64,000 nt of DNA from assembly GCA_030265305.1 (NCBI GenBank), contig JASAOG010000080.1:1746630-1810629 (forward strand), written 5' to 3'. The notes under the pieces were generated by a model that worked only from the letters and a program-made list of their open reading frames with translations, had not been told where the DNA came from and did not search any database. Shown here piece after piece: positions 61,348 to 64,000 of this stretch (position 1 is its first letter; every line of letters starts with the position of its first letter). Source of the DNA: Biomphalaria pfeifferi (taxonomy: Eukaryota). Made by a program: the position numbers and the translations under genes.

Positions 61348-62995
61348 CTAGAACAAAATTCAAAGGTTGAAATTAATTATTCTATTAGATATTTCATAAT
61401 AAACAGGGATTCCATTTAATATGGGACAAGTATTCAGAAACAGAGAGTAAAAGGCACTGTTATTTAAAGCAGTTGGCCCCAATATGTTATGAGCCATAAA
61501 CCAATATTTTAAAAAAAGTGGCTTGTATTAAGAGCCACAGAAAGTTCTTAGCATTATAAATTCTTGAAATAAATGACTATGTTGAAAAATATGGCTTTGG
61601 TTTGTTGTTTATGACATATACAAACATGTGCTTTAAGGACCATATCAAGTTTCTCTAGAATTCATTTTGGTCAAATGGAATGTTATCTTTGAGATGTAGC
61701 CTTATGGATGATGAGTTCTTCCTTTTCTTTCCTGATTTCCCCACCCATGATGCAAAACATTATTAGGAAAAGATAACTTATTTTGAAAAAAAAAAAAATC
61801 ATGTTTTCTTAACCCAATTTTTTTTAAGTGGCTGTTGAAGTATTTAGTTACTTTTACATTTATACCTTGAATTATTTATATATTTATTTATATGAACTAT
61901 ATTTTTTATTCTTTTAATTAATTAAAATAAATGATTAAAAAATTTAGTAATTTCACCCACAGTTTTAGAGATTTTACTAACAAAGAAAGAGTTATTTTAT
62001 GTTTTGGTGTTAAACCATGAACATGGCATACATTTTTTTAGCGAAAGTTTTTTGAGAATATATTTTTGTACTTGTAAGTTATATTCTACTTTGAACTGGT
62101 AAAGTCATTTTGATTCATAGTTCATATTGTTTTTAAAAATGTACCACCATTGCTAATGGTTTTACACTTAAAAATTTGTTGATTTATAGACCTCAATAGT
62201 GTTCTTTAAAGGCTGTTTTAATCCATTTATCATATTTAAGATGTAGTCAACCTTAACACACTTATGCTGAGTTAAAATAAACATTATTTTGGTTTTCATT
62301 TCTGACTTAAATGTTGGCAAATGTAGGGTGAAAGACTGCAACTTAGGTCACATCATTACATTACACATTATTACTTTACAGATTATTAAATTACATATAA
62401 TTACTTTTTTATTAGTATGACTCCCTGGTAGTGTGGTGTGCATTATGGACTATCATTTAGATTGTCTATGGTTCAGACCCTGCCAACTGCCATTGTCTTA
62501 TTACTTATTGTTATCAATTTAATGATAACTGAAACTCCTTTAAAATACAAATACAAATTAACACATTCTCTCTGGCCAGACTATCATTTGGAGAATAATT
62601 TTCACATTTAAAATATTTAAACTTGCATCTATCATATTGTTTTCAGGGCATAAAATTTGATGGGAGAGCCGCACTTTTAATAATGTGTTTGTCACAATCA
62701 AAAGTTCAATTTTGTTGACATGAAATATTTTGACAAAAACGCTTTTAATATGAGTAATTAAAATTTTTTTTTAGGAAATTGTGTATTTTAAAAATATCCA
62801 AGGCAAAAGACAGAGAGGAATGGAGAAGGACAGTCAACAAATCTTGTGTTTGACCCAACAGTCCAACAGACTAAAGGATAGGTGAAGGTGATTTTAAAAA
62901 TACATGCTCCTCAATTTTAAACAAAATCTTTTCTTAGAACACTCTTGATAATGAAAAGGTATTTTTAGAATTTTATTCGCGATTTTGGTATCAAC

Positions 62996-63215
62996 ATGAG
63001 TTGTTTAATTTATTTCCTGTTTCTGTTACATTTTATACTACTATTAATATCACATTTATTAAACCATAACTTACTTTTTGAGACTACATGAATTGTTTAA
63101 TTTATTTCATGTTTCTGTTACATTTTATACTACTATTAATATCACATTTATTAAGCCTTAACTTACTTTGAAGAAATTGGGACAAGTTCATGGTATTTGT
63201 GTTCAAGGCATTTCT
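62996..63215. repeat. Tandem duplication 2 x ~110 bp (GAGTTGTTTAATTTATTTC.TGTTTCTGTTACATTTTATACTACTATTAATATCACATTTATTAA.CC.TAACTTACTTT)
   Basis: Direct comparison of 62996-63105 with 63106-63215. Confidence 0.75.
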
Positions 63216-63429
63216 TGGAAACATATAAAGCCCCACTTTTGAAGCTAATCTTGAATCTGGCTGTGCAGTCTAAAGGAAGAACACTATAAAGATACAATAT
63301 TGCATTAACATCTCTATTTAACATTAATATATATATTATATAAGGCACAGTATAAGAAAGTTAAGAAAAACTAAAAATTGGTGGATAATATCAAAGATTG
63401 AAATTTCCCAGGAGATAGAGAAAAATTAT

Positions 63430-63960
63430 AGCAACACAAGAAAAAAGAAGAAAAAAAATGTCACAAGAAATTCAGCAATAATGTTGGTTAGGCCAATAAT
63501 AGAATATGCATCCTCAACTCAAGAAAACATTAACAGATACAAAAAAGAGCAGTGAGTTTCATAACAAATGAATATTCACATTTGACTAGAGTAACACCTT
63601 TAGTAAAATCACTAAATTTAGAAAGCCTTCAGGATAGAAGACTCAAAAGTAAAGTAGCAATTATACATAAAACTCTGAACCATAATCTTTAAATACAAAA
63701 ACAAAATCTAATAAAATACTCAGAAAGACACAAGGATAAAGGCATATTCCTCGTTCCATATGCTAGGACAAATTTGTATAAATGCCCCTTCTTCCCTAGT
63801 GCTATAAGAGCATGGAATGGGTTGCCTGAGCTAGCCAGGAAAACCAGTGACTTAGCAGAAATTAGGTCATTGGGTTAATATGCATGACTAAATGCATTAC
63901 GCGTAGGACGTAATCATCTTCTTTTTTGAAGTAGCATCTGTATCATATAAGATAAGATAC
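63430..63960 (+). mobile_element. Non-LTR retrotransposon ORF2 C-terminal fragment (frameshifted) with its 3' tail
   Basis: Three-frame reading gives MLVRPIIEYASS..(LVRPHLEYAS motif)..RVTPLVKSLNLESLQDRRLKSKVAIIHKTLNHNL...PYARTNLYKCPFFPSAIRAWNGLPELARKTSDLAEIRSLG. This is the SFFPRTIR.WN.LP terminal motif of CR1/jockey-type ORF2, with several frameshifts and stops. Ends in the tail motif TAGGACGTAATCATCTTCTTTTTTGAAGTA.CATCTGTA (63908-63950). Confidence 0.65.
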
Positions 63961-64000
63961 AAAAGAAAGATATGCGATATACAATTTTAATTAGTATGAC

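Overview
This window is eukaryotic nuclear DNA, not prokaryotic. It is AT-rich, intron-rich and full of SINE/LINE debris, microsatellites and long homopolymer G/C runs. By the look of the SINEs and TTAGGG motifs it is an invertebrate metazoan. The six-frame ORF track is mostly misleading; the real genes are spliced. From GT/AG signals, phase continuity and homology I reconstruct four protein-coding genes. (1) On the + strand, an RNI-like leucine-rich-repeat protein with a C-terminal EF-hand pair, 13 exons, 6550-19106. (2) On the - strand, a checkpoint kinase 2 (FHA + Ser/Thr kinase, CHK2/Cds1/Rad53 family) ortholog, 16 exons, 25912-39903, about 472 aa. (3) On the + strand, GOSR1/GS28 Golgi SNARE, 8 exons, 43999-54181, with exon 1 about 4.7 kb upstream of exon 2 and a TCTCGCGAGA palindrome in its promoter. 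(4) On the - strand, a CENPV-like GFA-domain protein, at least 5 exons, 57164-61347, convergent with GOSR1. The non-coding DNA holds at least six copies of a tRNA-derived SINE, one of them with a 13-bp TSD. It also holds a 2.8-kb non-autonomous Tc1-like TIR element in CHK2 intron 2 carrying (TA)n and tandem repeats, LINE ORF2 C-terminal fragments, and AGATCT-rich satellite-like blocks. There is a TTAGGG-containing tandem repeat and a 360-bp tandem duplication. The most unusual structure is a 1.1-1.2 kb inverted-repeat pair (28166-29385 and 40040-41092), each arm a tandem array of ~130-140 bp units. The pair brackets the CHK2 promoter and exons 1-11, with one arm in intron 11 and the other ~140 bp upstream of the ATG.
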